Source of the DNA: Podarcis filfolensis
Taxonomy: Eukaryota
Direction: 5' to 3' (one strand)
Assembly (NCBI GenBank): GCA_964270895.1
Contig: OZ185445.1
DNA length: 64,000 bases
In this document: positions 12,287-25,000 of the stretch, in pieces
Position numbering within the stretch: the first letter of the stretch is position 1
Layout: every line of letters begins with the position of its first letter
Notes under the pieces: model-generated
Database searches by the model: none
What the model saw: the letters and a program-made list of their open reading frames with translations, nothing else
What the model was told of the DNA's origin: nothing
Translations under genes and position numbers: made by a program

Positions 12287-15243
12287 AGGCGGAGAATCCT
12301 GCAAGGGGTTCCTTTGGAATAAACAAGCGCTGTTAACCTGCGAGTGGATCTTATCTGTTGCACCTCCTACGAACCAAAATTCTGCCTTCGGGACAAGTCC
12401 TCCGGTTTCATGGTGGGGAAGGGGGTGTCTATATAGGAAGCCCACTAGGCTCCCATGAAAGGATGCCCATAATCCCGAGACTGAAGAGCACACACTCCAA
12501 TCCCTGATTCTTCGATAATTCACTTACAGCTCAATTCTGCACATGGCTACTAAAAAGTAAGTCCAATTGAATTCAATGGAACTTACTCACAGGAAACTGG
12601 ATTGCAGCCTTAAACATAAACTGCAATCCTCTCTTTGGAGCCGCGTGTAAAGTCATTTTATTCCTCGAATCTGCATGCCCCAAGAAGTCTCGTTGTACCT
12701 GCTTGGATTTTTATTGCAATCCTGATATTGGTTTCTATACCTACTGTACCTTCCACAAACAATATATTTACGACCATATGTCTGCAGTATTGCCACACCT
12801 AATATCCAGGGTGCGAAAGGTAAAGGGTCTGAAAATGTCTCTCAGAGGCAAATGTTTTGCTATTTTTTTGTGCTGTTGCTTATTCGGCAGCCACGTACAT
12901 TTCTTAATTTAATCATTAGGTTTAAAAGGGATTACCTTTATGTGCTGATTGTCACTCCATTTGATGGTCGCTTTCTGTCTGGCTCTGGAAAATAGACAAA
13001 AAGAGAGAGAGGCGAACGATCATTTAAAAATAAATATTTATGTTTATTCATGGATTGTGCAAGTGCATTCTGATTCAAGGCCTGTACAGCAGCAGCAGCA
13101 GCAGCAGCAGATCAGCCAATCCACTGAATCCTAGAGGCAAAATCCTCCAGGAAGTTCTCCTGCGCAACCCCCATGAAAATTAATGTGTTGGGGTAGGGCA
13201 TTACCCTGCTGCCTGCACCAGCTCTCGTCATGAGGGCTGCTCAGGAGAACTTCTTGATGGATTGAGACCCGTGGCTCCAAACTGCATTTTCCAAAGAGCT
13301 GCTAATATTATTTTCTTAAGATGAATCTATATACTGAACAGGAAAAGAAAACCAGGGGTGTATATTCTTTTCGGGTGTCAGAAGAGTTAAATATTTCATT
13401 TTAGATATATATGTATATATCCTCAGTGGTAAACTGGGATAGAAAGCCCAGAATATGAGAGAAGGGAGGCCGAATTTCTAAACTGAGATTATAAGAATAG
13501 CTTGATTTGTGGGGTGGGAGGCAGGGAAGGCAGAGGCGTCTGTATTTACATGCTGTAGGCTGCCAGTTGCTTAATAAAGGTCGGAGGCTCCACCTAGCCT
13601 CCACTTTCAAAATATGCAAAACGCGCTCTCTCTCTCTGGGTTTTCAAGCCTCGCAGGTTCAGATCGCGGCTGGCTGCATGGAGCTGCTTGGCTCTAAACA
13701 GACTCAGGCTGGTTACAGATTTACTCAAAGAAGAGCAGTGCTCGTGCATGTACTCCTTCTCGCCACCGCCACCCCCACTCCACCCCTCTTCTTTGCATCA
13801 CAGGATGGTGTTAATCACCTCAGCCAAAAAGGGAGGGGGGAGAGAAAGGGGGTGTCTTAATGCTACTCCCAATCAATCACGTGTGTTTAAAAAATTAAAA
13901 AAAGGACGAGGAGAAGCACTATTTGCTCTTTTCCCTGAATATACTGGGTATCCTTCTTCAGTCTCCTCTCCCACCTTTTTTTTAAAAAATCAGCCCTCTT
14001 GCATAAATACATGGTTCTCGACTTTGTTCCCCGCTGGAGCTGGCGAACTGGGTGTGCTTAGAGTGAGTGGCATTCAAGGTAGATGGGAGGAGAGAGCGTG
14101 GAGGCGAAACTCCACCGGCTTAATAGCAACCTGTGCTTTGGATGCTCCAAGACTCCGGAAGCTCAGGGAAGCCAGGCAGTCTGGGAGTTAGGCCGATCTA
14201 GAACCCAACGCTAGCTGAACCGCCTCAAATCCAAGGGAGACATCGACTCCAAAACCTATCACCTAAGTCGATCTACGACGCAAACCTGTGTGTGTGTCTG
14301 CTTAAGGCAAGCCCCACTGATTTACTCCCAAGTAAGCTTGTACAGGATTTGGGCCTTAACTGACTTGTGCATGGAGCTGTTCGCAACTCTCCCAAGCTAT
14401 CACACTCCTCGCAGGCGCTCTCGAACCCACAACCTGAGCGTCTCATTCAGAACTAGCAAAACCAATGAAAACGTTGCCAACGGCTTCTAATCTACACCTC
14501 GAAAGCTCCTTGCAAACAATGCCAAGGTAAATAAATCCACATACACTTGCGAGGCAAATTCACGTTGCCATAAATTTAATTACACTACTTTCTTTATAAA
14601 TTTGGCGGTCCAAGTAGGGAATGAGTTTCAAATTAGGAATTCATTAGACATATTATTTCACCAGTCATGCCTATTTGAAGTTACAGAAAGAACTGCTTCT
14701 CTAGATGTAAGACACGACAACAACAGCTCTCCTCACTCTTTTCAACCCTCATGCAAGTAAATAGTATACCTTTCAATTGGTATAGCCACAAAAGTCCAAG
14801 TTGAGGGGATCAAAGGGAGGTGCTAGGTCGGGAAGTTTGGATCTAAATACATTGTGAGAAAACGCCTCCCTTGCACCCTTCTCTAAAATAAGCAAATGTG
14901 CAGCCAGAGTTACCAATTTCACCGAACACTTTCTCTTCCCATTTTTCACTGTTCTCTCTCTCTTCCTCCCCCCTCCTTCGCTGTCAATCTGTGTGCTAAT
15001 TAATAGTCCCCTCGTCCCGAGGAAGTGCCTGCAACGCCAACAGGTTTCATATCACACGTCCAAAATCATCAGAAGCTCTCCGGTTAACCCATAAAGCTCT
15101 CCACTTCTGTTGATCTTCCTCCTAGGTTCCAGGGAAAGTCAATGGGAGCTCTAACAATGCAACCTGTTCAATGAAGCAACTATCTCACTCTTCCTCTTTC
15201 TAGCCCTGAACCTGACACAGACACCGATGGAGTTCACGTTCAG

Positions 15244-15247
<4 letters not shown>

Positions 15248-15289
<42 letters not shown>
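15248..15289. repeat. (AC)21 microsatellite
   Basis: Directly seen. Confidence 0.95.
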
Positions 15290-15290
<1 letters not shown>

Positions 15291-16599
15291 GCTCATGAAT
15301 CAGATGAACAACTGTAGCATAAAGTTCTCGCATAGTCCACACTTTCTCTCCCTTCCCCGGTTTCCCCACATTTAGTTTATAAAGAAGGCTAGTCGTGAGA
15401 AGTCGGCAGATATACTTACTTTTTCTCGTTTCTTCTCGTTCCAACAGATTGGGGGGGGAGGGAGGGGGGAAGGACAGTCTGATCCTAGATCTTAGGTGAA
15501 TGTGGTGGAATCTTCGGCAAGCAACAAGGATTCCTTAGCCAAAACTTCCTTTTAAATCGCAGAAAGCAGTTTCAAAGTCTCCCAAGATTCGGATCATCCC
15601 TTTCGTCATCTCTATTTATAACTGGCTTTTTAAAGTTCCATCGTAGAACACTTGCACGACTGGATTCTAAAATGGGTCCTTTTCCATCCAGAGGGGGGTG
15701 AGAATGAAGAGGGGATTTAAACAAACAGTTTTCTTTTCCCAATACAGCTTGCACAAAGCGCCAGAGTAGAAAGTGAAGTATTGTATGTGTGAGCCACTCT
15801 GCAAGTTTTTTTTAAAAAAACGGGGGCAGGGGGGGGGGGTTGGCGAGGTCTAGCCCAGCCCTCTCTGGAAAGGAGGACGTGCTCTGAAATTCAACCAGTT
15901 TCCCCAACGCTTTTGTTGCTCGCGAACTGAAGCCCTATTGTTCGTCCATTGCCACGGTCTTTTTCAATCCCTGCTATACGTTATGCGTTGCCAGAGATAA
16001 TGAATTTGCACCAAACCCTCTCCCAGCCCTTTTCTGACAGACGGAACAAATTAGAAATGTCTAGCCTAAACGGGAGCAATGGCTACATTTCCCTGTGGTG
16101 GAAGAGCAGGGAAATATGCATTTCTGCGTGGAATTCTTCTTTTCTTTTTTAAAAACTGCCTTTGCATCAAGAGCCCGCCTTTAAAACCAAAACAAAAAAC
16201 TTTTCACTTTCACGATTTTTCTTTTTAATGTTTCCTTCCGAAGAATAGAGTTGCTCTCTATGCCTTCCTTCCTGCCTGCCTTCTCTTCTCACTCCTTTTC
16301 TTTCTTTCTTCAATTCTTGAGGCAACCGAGCTATTGTGAGTTTAAGCTGTTGCCTTCTTCTCTGCAAAATACTCATGGCCATCTGAGTTTTTTGTAAACT
16401 TGCTCCGTGCTCTTCCGCGGTAGGTCAGGACTCTGTCGAACACTTGGGCTGCCTGGGCTGCCGGTACTTCAACATCGGCTTTCTTTTCCTTTTCTTAAAC
16501 GCTTTTTAGGTAAAAGCCAACGGCACCAGGCTGCTCGAGTTGATGTCTTCGGCGCAGAAGGATCTGAAAGGGCACCCGTCCTCCTTGCTCACAGAGGTT

Positions 16600-17350
16600 G
16601 GCAAGAGAATGAGCCCTAGCACGGTTCATTTGGAAGAACGCGGGTGCAGGTTGCGCCCTATACACGCAAGTTTCAGTGCAATAGGATGCGAGCGCGCGCG
16701 TGTGCGTCTGTGTCCTAGGACACGGGTGTAGGGCTGCGCAACGGAGAAGGCTAGCCCCTTGTGTGATTTCGGGTGCTCAGAGTGCATACAGGAATACTGA
16801 CTTGTGAGTATGGCCAGGGTGTGCTGGGGCGTTGCTAAGGATTCCGCGCCTTGGGAGAGAAGCGCTTCGGTTGGTGCGTCTCCTTCCCGACGAGGTTTGC
16901 ATGTGGACACGTTTCCCCAGCAGCAGGGCTGCGTCTGAGAGGCCGTTGGGTGTCGCTTGTAGGTGTGTCGCGAGATGTCCACAGCTGCGTGTTGGAGACG
17001 TGTGTCTGGGATAGAGAGGGGGGAGGCTTGCAGGGGTGGAGCCAGGCGAAGGGAGGGGGCACAGATTCAAATGAGCATCTCGTATGGAAATGTGGGCTGC
17101 CGGGAGGTGGGGGGGGGGACGGGGAAGCCGTTAATGAGAAACCCAAGGAGGGAGAGGCGCCGTCTGAAAGCACAGACCTTTCTGCTCTGGCAGCAACTTT
17201 CCCGCCAAATGTAGCCTAAGGAGAGGCTGTCACTCGTGTTCTCGTCAATGGCTGCCATTGCCTTCTCTTTACACACCCACCACGGCAGGAGTATTCTGGC
17301 TGTTGCTTAGCTGCCTGCCCCAGCCTAATAAAGAGCGGAGAAAGAACACA
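16600..17350. promoter_or_regulatory. CpG/GC-rich region within the host gene
   Basis: CpG-dense, with G-runs and a GCGAGCGCGCGCGTGTGCG tract. Confidence 0.5.
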
Positions 17351-17869
17351 TTATTCGGGGGATAGATATAGATATATCTGTATCTTGCACAGGGGCACCT
17401 CTCTCTGTAGCAAGCAGGGACAGAATGTTCCATGGGCTACGTATTGCTCTCCTGCACAATACGGAGCCCAAATAGCTTCTAACTGTCAAGGCTGCCTCGA
17501 TATTTTAATACAGGTGAATCACTGGATGGAGGATTAAGGGGAAGGCGCTCGTTTGCCTCTTCGGCTGTCTTATACCTTTCCAAAAGGCCCTGGCAGAATC
17601 GGAAGCGAATGCCATGGTGGACCACGTCGAAAGGATGGTTTGCGGGTTGGATGGTGGAAAGGGAGCCAGGTGACGCAGACTGAAGAGGGTCTTCATCCCC
17701 TCTCTCAAAAAAACCCAAAGCTGGATAGGCTCCAAGTATAGGGCCATCCTCGAGAAAACTCGACCTAGCGCTTGCGAATCAAATAATACTATTGTTGTGT
17801 TTAACAAGAACGAGAAGGGATGACAGGCGAGGGGACGGGGAAAGCAAGATTTCCAGACATCCTTCTCAC

Positions 17870-18045
17870 CTCCACCACGCCGCAAACCACTTCTTTAGCT
17901 CCTTTTTCTTCCAAAAATAAAAAATAAAAAAGTCCAGTGCAGAATTGACTGCAGGAATCCGGGTTATCCTTACATTCAGTCTCTGGCTGCAAACCAGAAT
18001 ACAGTAAAGCCAAAAGAAGACCATGTTCAAGGTTGACTTCGGCAT
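17870..18045 (-). ncRNA. Candidate exon of MIR9-2HG carrying a 59-codon ORF
   Basis: Strong donor GAG|GTGAGA (GT at 17869-17868); acceptor-like TTTTTCTGCGGGCTCAG immediately before the ATG at 18045. The true 5' boundary may lie further upstream. Confidence 0.35.
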
Positions 18046-18559
18046 CTGAGCCCGCAGAAAAACTGTATGATGATCAGGTTGAATTGCCAAAGGTTACAAG
18101 TTCACAGGTGATCTAGCTACACCCCTGTGCTTTTCCTAGTCGTCCTCGCCTTTCTCTTTTCCTTCCTTCATACATATAGGGGCCATGAATGTCTCCTCTC
18201 TCCCTCTTCTCTTTCACACTCTTTCTTCCTCCTCCTCCTCTTTGTGTACATACGTGCCATCGGCATTCCCTTCACACTGCAAAACAACACCACTGTACTA
18301 CGCAACACACGTAAGCTGGCGTGGTGAGTGGCACATACATAGCTGGCTATGGTCCTTCTCTGAAGCCCCTGATCTTCTGGAGAGAAGCAGTCGCTGCACC
18401 CCCACTTTTGTATCACCACTTCAGAGAGCTGTGCATTGGGAGGATGAGGAGAGAAAAATAGGTCTACTGGGGACATCTCCCCTACATGCATGCACACACA
18501 CACACACACACGTTGCATTTGCTTTCTTGTTATCAAGAGAGGGAATATATTGGGAGGCG

Positions 18560-19520
18560 GAGGGGTTATGCAAATGTTTATTTTGTTAGAGGGAGATGCT
18601 GCCAGGCTCGCACAGTGCTGTACAAGGAGGCAGAGAGAGCTGGCGATATCTGACTAGGAGTCTTCGCCGGGTCTTCGGCTGTCTCTTTGCATCTTCCGGT
18701 CGTCTCCNNNNNNNNNNNNNNNNNNNNNNNNNNNNNNNNNNNNNNNNNNNNNNNNNNNNNNNNNNNNNNNNNNNNNNNNNNNNNNNNNNNNNNNNNNNNN
18801 NNNNNNNNNNNNNNNNNNNNNNNNNNNNNNNNNNNNNNNNNNNNNNNTCTCCTCCCTCCTTCTCCGCTTTCCCTCATCCCAGCTTCACGTTCAAGGTTTA
18901 GCAGCGAGGTCACGTCCATTGACGTCAGCTCGAGTCTTACTGTACGTTCGGCTACATTTACATACATCAAGGAAATTAGGGCATTAAAAAAATATGCAAA
19001 TCCTGCCGCTTGAAGAAGAGACTGTAGATTCCCGGAGCGATCGCCTCCTTTCATTGAAGATTTTAATTAAAGGAACGCAAAAAAAGAAGAAGATGATGAA
19101 GAAGGGCGGGGGTGGGAGAGAGAAAAAGCTGAGCTCACCAAAGCAAGCCTTTCGTCCTAAAACAACAGCAGCAGCAGCAGCAACTGCCCCCCTCTCCAAA
19201 AAAACCAAACCAAACCAAACAAGCAAAAGCCCAAATGGCCAAGATCTGCTAAAACATGGGGGGATGAGATTCCTGCCGATCGGCTCCTGGCGCCAACCGA
19301 GGGAGCCGGCCTGCGCGCAGCGCTGCTGGGAGAAGAAGCCGCAGAAGCCGAGCAGGTTACCCGGAGGCTCCGGCACAGCCCAGACGTCTCTCTCTCTGCA
19401 TAATCAACGCTGCGCCATTCTGCTCTCCTCCTCCTCCTCCTGCTGCTGCTCCGGTTGGCTCCAGCGGGTATTATTTTTCATACTGATGCATATGTAAAGG
19501 TAGATTTGCATTTTTAAAAC
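18560..19520 (-). promoter_or_regulatory. Candidate main promoter of pri-miR-9-2
   Basis: Perfect CRE TGACGTCA at 18920-18927; perfect octamers ATGCAAAT at 18568 and 18994 and ATTTGCAT at 19504; CpG-rich. CREB control of miR-9-2 is established (Laneve et al. 2010). TSS not mapped. Confidence 0.55.
18708..18847. other. Assembly gap / masked run (140 N)
   Basis: Directly seen; CT-rich flanks. Confidence 1.
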
Positions 19521-20896
19521 ATTTACTGGAAGTTACGGTCTTTGGATTGCCTTTCTCTCTCTTTTCTTTTCTTTATATAAACAAAACATTTTTTAAAAAT
19601 AATATTTTTTGTTTGTTTATGATTTGGCAATACCTCTGTTCTGCCGTGTCGCTGCTCCATAGATGCAATTTTGCTCCCTGCTTCTTCCTTTTCCATAGGG
19701 CTTACAAAATATGTACCGACATTGTTCCTAACGCAATTTTTTTCAAGCGTCAGGAGCCTCTTTAAAAAATAAAAAAGAGGAGAGGTCGGTTGGTTGGATT
19801 TCTATATTAAAAAATATAATATATACTTGCATGTTATGTTGATCGACGATAATGGCAGCAACCGGAGATTCAAAAGTTTGATTAGTAACCTCATCATGAG
19901 CAATATAATAAAATAGAGGGCGGAGCAAAACCGAAGCTTGCATAATAGGGACAGTTTAAAGTGCTGTAGGCTGCCTTGTATGAACATTTATTTCTGTTTT
20001 GGCTCCGGGAACCTTTAATTTTCAAATACTCTCTTTAAAAATGTGCCCAGACCCAGGTGAGGGAGAGCTTTATCTAAGGAAGACATTTTCAACCATGTTG
20101 TATGTTCTATCTTAGCTGCGGTACATTAGTAATGTATTGCATTTCGTTTAAAACTTGCTTGGCTTAAAGCCAAGCACCGCTTTACTGAGCGACAATGCAT
20201 TTGATATGCTGTTTCAAATCAGTGTCTATTATGCGAATGCTTTTCTGTTTGCTCGAAAGCCGAGGGGCCTAGATCTACCTAAAATATTAGGTTATTTGAG
20301 AGACATTTTATTTGGAGTTCGGTGTTTTTTGTTTTTAAATAATTCGATCCTGTTTACAAATAAAACATTTCCTTCACCCTCTCCCTGTAATCTATATACG
20401 TCTTTAAAATAACGCAGGGTTCACACCCAAAAGAACAATGAAGGCACACTTACATCACATACCTATTTAAAGCCAAGTAAGCCAAAGCACATGCATAGGT
20501 AATTAGGCACAGCATGAATGACTTACCTGCACACAGGCATAGGGTGAAAGTTAACTCTCCTCAAAGCCAGCCATACATATGTTTTGAGAAAGGCTCAGGA
20601 GAGCAATTTTTCGTTTTTGTGGTATGCAGCATCTATTTCCCCGAGCTGCTCACTTTAGTTCTTTGAGCATTCTTATGGCATGTTCAGCCCTACCTCCATC
20701 TCCAGTTTTACGTGCCCTACACTAAAGTGCTCATATGATATGTCACCCAATAAAAAGTGGTCAGATGGCGACACGTAAAACATTAAAGGGGGGCACCAGA
20801 CACTCTTCCTCCATTAGGTTAGTTCTTACCTATATATATACATAGAGAGAGAGAGAGCGCAACAATACATTTAGGTGAGTATGCTCGCCACATGCC

Positions 20897-20906
20897 ATAT
20901 ATATAT

Positions 20907-20953
<47 letters not shown>

Positions 20954-20984
20954 TCAGCTATATATAGAGAGAGCCTATATATAT
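20897..20984. repeat. Compound (TA)n microsatellite
   Basis: Directly seen. Confidence 0.9.
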
Positions 20985-21299
20985 ATGGCTCCAGCAACAG
21001 CACCGACTGCCAGTCGACTTGGCCATTTACATAGAACATTGGGGACACCTCGCTGATTGAGACAATCCCAACCTCCTCGAGTGACTAATTAAACCACGTG
21101 AACCATCTGAGCTGGCTATAGCTCTAGTCCTGCAGAGATCTAAAGAGGATCGCCGCACACGAAGGATACATACGTGGGAGTAAAATATGTGTCCATTCAA
21201 GGAGCAGATCTGTTATCGCAGGCATCTGCTTGGGCGTCTACCCCATGCCTACAAGTGCACTCTCTCTCTCTCTCACTCGCACACACACACACCTCGATC

Positions 21300-22000
21300 T
21301 AGGTGTCGTTATCATGCTTAAGTCCCTACCGAGGTCCATGCGATGTCTTGCTTCCTGCTAACCCCAGCTCTCTCCCGTTCCCGCTGGCTCCTGCTACCCT
21401 GGGGTCGACGGCTCCGTGGATGCTGTCGCTGCAAGAAAGGTGCAGAGTGGCGTCCGCTGCCTTCGGTGCCCGTGCTCTGTCCGAGCTTAGCTACTAGCTG
21501 CTAGTCGGGAACCCACTCCAACACACAAGCACACACACACAGGCACACACGCGCGCGCCCCACACACCTCCGCCCCCTGCCCTGCTAAAATTACCATATG
21601 GAGGCCGAGTCCCTGCGAATCGCAGCACCAGCGGGCGGCGTTTGAATGAGCCTCGCAATCTGCACAAATCCCAACTCCTTCGCACGCTGCTCTCGCTGTG
21701 AAGGCCACTTCCACGGCCCTCCTGCATCTCGCAGCCCCTCCCCTCTTCTCCTCGTCTCCCTCTTCGCCCCCACCCACCCCATCCCACCCCACCCACAGCA
21801 CCTCAAGTGCCTGGGCCCCAGGGAGATCAAGGGACAGCTGCCTCGTCTTGTGCCACATGCCACGAAAACGCGAACCATGACGGCGCGAACAATAAGTAGC
21901 GAGTCGCCCACGACCACCATTATATCGTATCGCACATTGCTCTCGTTTAGGATTGCACCCCACATACACAGCGATGCGATGCCCATGGGTAAACGTTAGA
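21300..22000. promoter_or_regulatory. CpG-rich region
   Basis: CpG-dense; C-run cluster at 21767-21794 (G-quadruplex-prone on the minus strand). Confidence 0.5.
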
Positions 22001-25000
22001 TAACGACCGCCCCATTCATAATAACCCCTCGTGCCAAGTCTTATGCAGCCAAGGACCACTTTTTTCAAAATTTAAGCACTGGGTCAGAAAAACAGAAAAT
22101 GCTCCAAATAATATTTTCTTCGTTTCAATTTAGTGGGATCTCTAAAACCAAAAAGCAAATTCATTGCTTTTATCTTTCTCGAGGTCCTCCGCCCTTTAAA
22201 CCTGCAATACGTATTCGCAAGACACGTTCGATATGATGAGACACGTATAGAAACACTTCAGGTATGAAAACGTGCAATTTTTAGGATTCTTTAGATTTTG
22301 CAAAGTGGGAAGGTGTGTTATATAGATCTGGAAGCAGAACTTTAAAAACAACAACAACAAAAACAACAACAACCACCACCACCACAGCACATTCGTAGCC
22401 CACAGCGTTGTTTGCATGCTTTTAAGAACAATTTCCACTGAAATGAGATACATTCCGAATGCAAATGCACTTTGCCAATCATCTCCAATTTAGCTTAACA
22501 TTTCTCTCACGAATCCTCCCCCTCCCCCCTTTTCAATTCATAAATTGAGATCGAGTCTTGTGTAAAAGGCACGCTTAAAACACCTCGTGGGGGGGGGATA
22601 AGGATTCTTCCTGAAAGATTACAAAATAAATAAAATCCCAGCCTCTTGTTTATTAATAATCTCTTGCATGACATCTCAAGGCAGAAGGCAAGAGGAGATG
22701 GGGGTAGAGCTTTTAATAGTCTGGAAATGAATATGGATTTCAGATAATTGAGAACTAGTTTTCCGTAGAGGATGAGGACTGGGGAAAGGTGTGTGTGGGT
22801 GTGTGGGTGTAGACGTGGGCAAAGCTCTTTGTTATAAAAGCATTTAGGTGAGTCAATAACACTGAGAGTATTCAACACGGTTAAGGTCAGGCTCACATGC
22901 GTAAAGTAGCCAATGCGGATTTGATTGCAGCCCAACATTTCCAGAAGAAGCGTCAACCCACATATTCCCCCAGTAGCAGAGTAGTTTTATTTTCTAAATC
23001 TGGGTAGGTTTTTTTTATTATGGTTACTTCTCCCTAATTCAGCACCGGGTTTTAAAATTTAAAAATTTCTAAAATCTGATGTGATCTGTTATTTCCTTGG
23101 TTATTTCCATTAGGCCCTTTTCTCTCTCTTACCAATTGGATGGTTGGCTGGAAGGAGGCAGCGATTATATTGTGCAGAGACCAAGTTAAAATCTGGATGT
23201 AGATGGCGCACGGGGTGGGGGGCGGACGGTGATCCCCGACACTGGATTTCTCTCGCTCGGCCCATCCATTGCTTGTGCCCATTTAAGTAGAGGAAGAGGC
23301 CTTCCAGAAAATGCCTCAGCTAAACGGACACAACTTTCGCGCGCCCCGTCCTGGTAGGATGGTCAAGTGCGAGAGGTGAGCCAGTGCTGTCTGTCACTTT
23401 GAGGCTATTTGCAGCCTTAATGGATCCCTGGAGGGAAAGGACCAGGCAGAGCATTCCTTGCCCCTGAATGGCTCTTGGCTACCCTATTCTGGCCAGCGGG
23501 GGGACAGCGACACCTACTGGCTGCCCACACAAATCCAAAGGGTGGTGGGAAGGATGGAGGGGGCGAGTGTATTTGAATAAAAGAAGCGTTTAAACAGCTA
23601 AGATCGCGCTAGTCTCCCTGATATAACATCTTCAACAAAGAGGGGGGAAAGTGGGGGTAGGGAACCCAGCACTTGTATTTAACACCTTCGCAACTAGATT
23701 TCAGCCACTCTTAAAATTCCAGGAAACACAGCCCTAGCACAATCATCCAAATAGATAGCATAGATAGAGAGATTTAACCACAAATAACCACCAACGCTCA
23801 GGGAGACTCAATGGACTGTAATCGTGCAATACTGGGTCTTCCAGAACTAGTCTTCTCTGGGGAAGCAAGTAAACGAATCAAAACTCCAAGCTAGACCACT
23901 GAACGCTGACAACCCTCTTCTTTAAACGATAATCATAAAGGATTAGGTTAATCCGAAATTAGAAAGCAATTAGAAATCCTTAACTGGGCTCTCTTACGAA
24001 GGCAGAAAAGGACGCCGCGGATGCGCAGAGCCGGGAGCACTGACTGCCCACAGAGCTCGCCTGCCTCGCTCCTTCCCCGTCGCCAGGCCCACGATCTGGC
24101 CAGGTAGACCCTCTGCCGCTGCTCTAGATGGCTGGGGAAGGGGGGGGGGGAGGGAGGAGCGACTTTCCCCTTTAAAAATATATTTCCCCTGAGCCTTTTG
24201 AATGTATGATGACTTCTTAGCTCGCTGACAGAAGCGGCACTGTTTCACTAGCCCGAGGAAGGTAACATTAAGGGACAGTATCTTCCCGCTCTCTGCTAGG
24301 AGGCAACTTCGAGGTTCTTCATTGGATCTTTTTGAGCGCCCCACCACCACCCCGAAAAAAAGGGTCGAGCTCGTCTTTGAAAGGGGAATCCTTAATTTCA
24401 GGGACAGAAAGAGCAGCGAAGTAATTGGGTAGACAAAAGGAGGCCTATAATATAATACGCAGGACTTGCAGCAGGTAGCTGAGTACCTATGCTTGGAACA
24501 AGAAGCCATTTCGCTCATATCTTTATTTCAGCAGTTAATTAAGCGTGTGCGTATGTTTAAGAGAGAGCGAGAGAGAGAAAGTATATCTTATGTCTTGCAC
24601 ACCTATTCATAAATAAATCTTTTTATTTTATTCTTTCCTTTTTTACACCTAGGGCCTTTAAATAAATAAATAAAAGAAACAGGGATAGGAGAAAATTAAG
24701 TTTTCTTGCTGCTGCAGCGAGCTGGGTGGGTCAATTTTTTAAATTTTGTTTGCGGTTCGGTTCTCCTTGTTGTTTGTTCTTGCATGTCAAAGGCTGGAGT
24801 CCTCGGCAGTCTTACTAGGAAGTAAGTACAACTGAAAGCGGTCCAATGTACTTCCGAGGAAACACGCGCAGCGTTGCGGCGCATGTATTTAAACATGGAT
24901 TTCTCCACCCGTTATACGACACTGAATTTCCTAGAATAAGGCTAGGGCGTCATTTAACCGCAATTCTCCAAGGCAGATGTAGTGCCAATACGTGCTTTTA

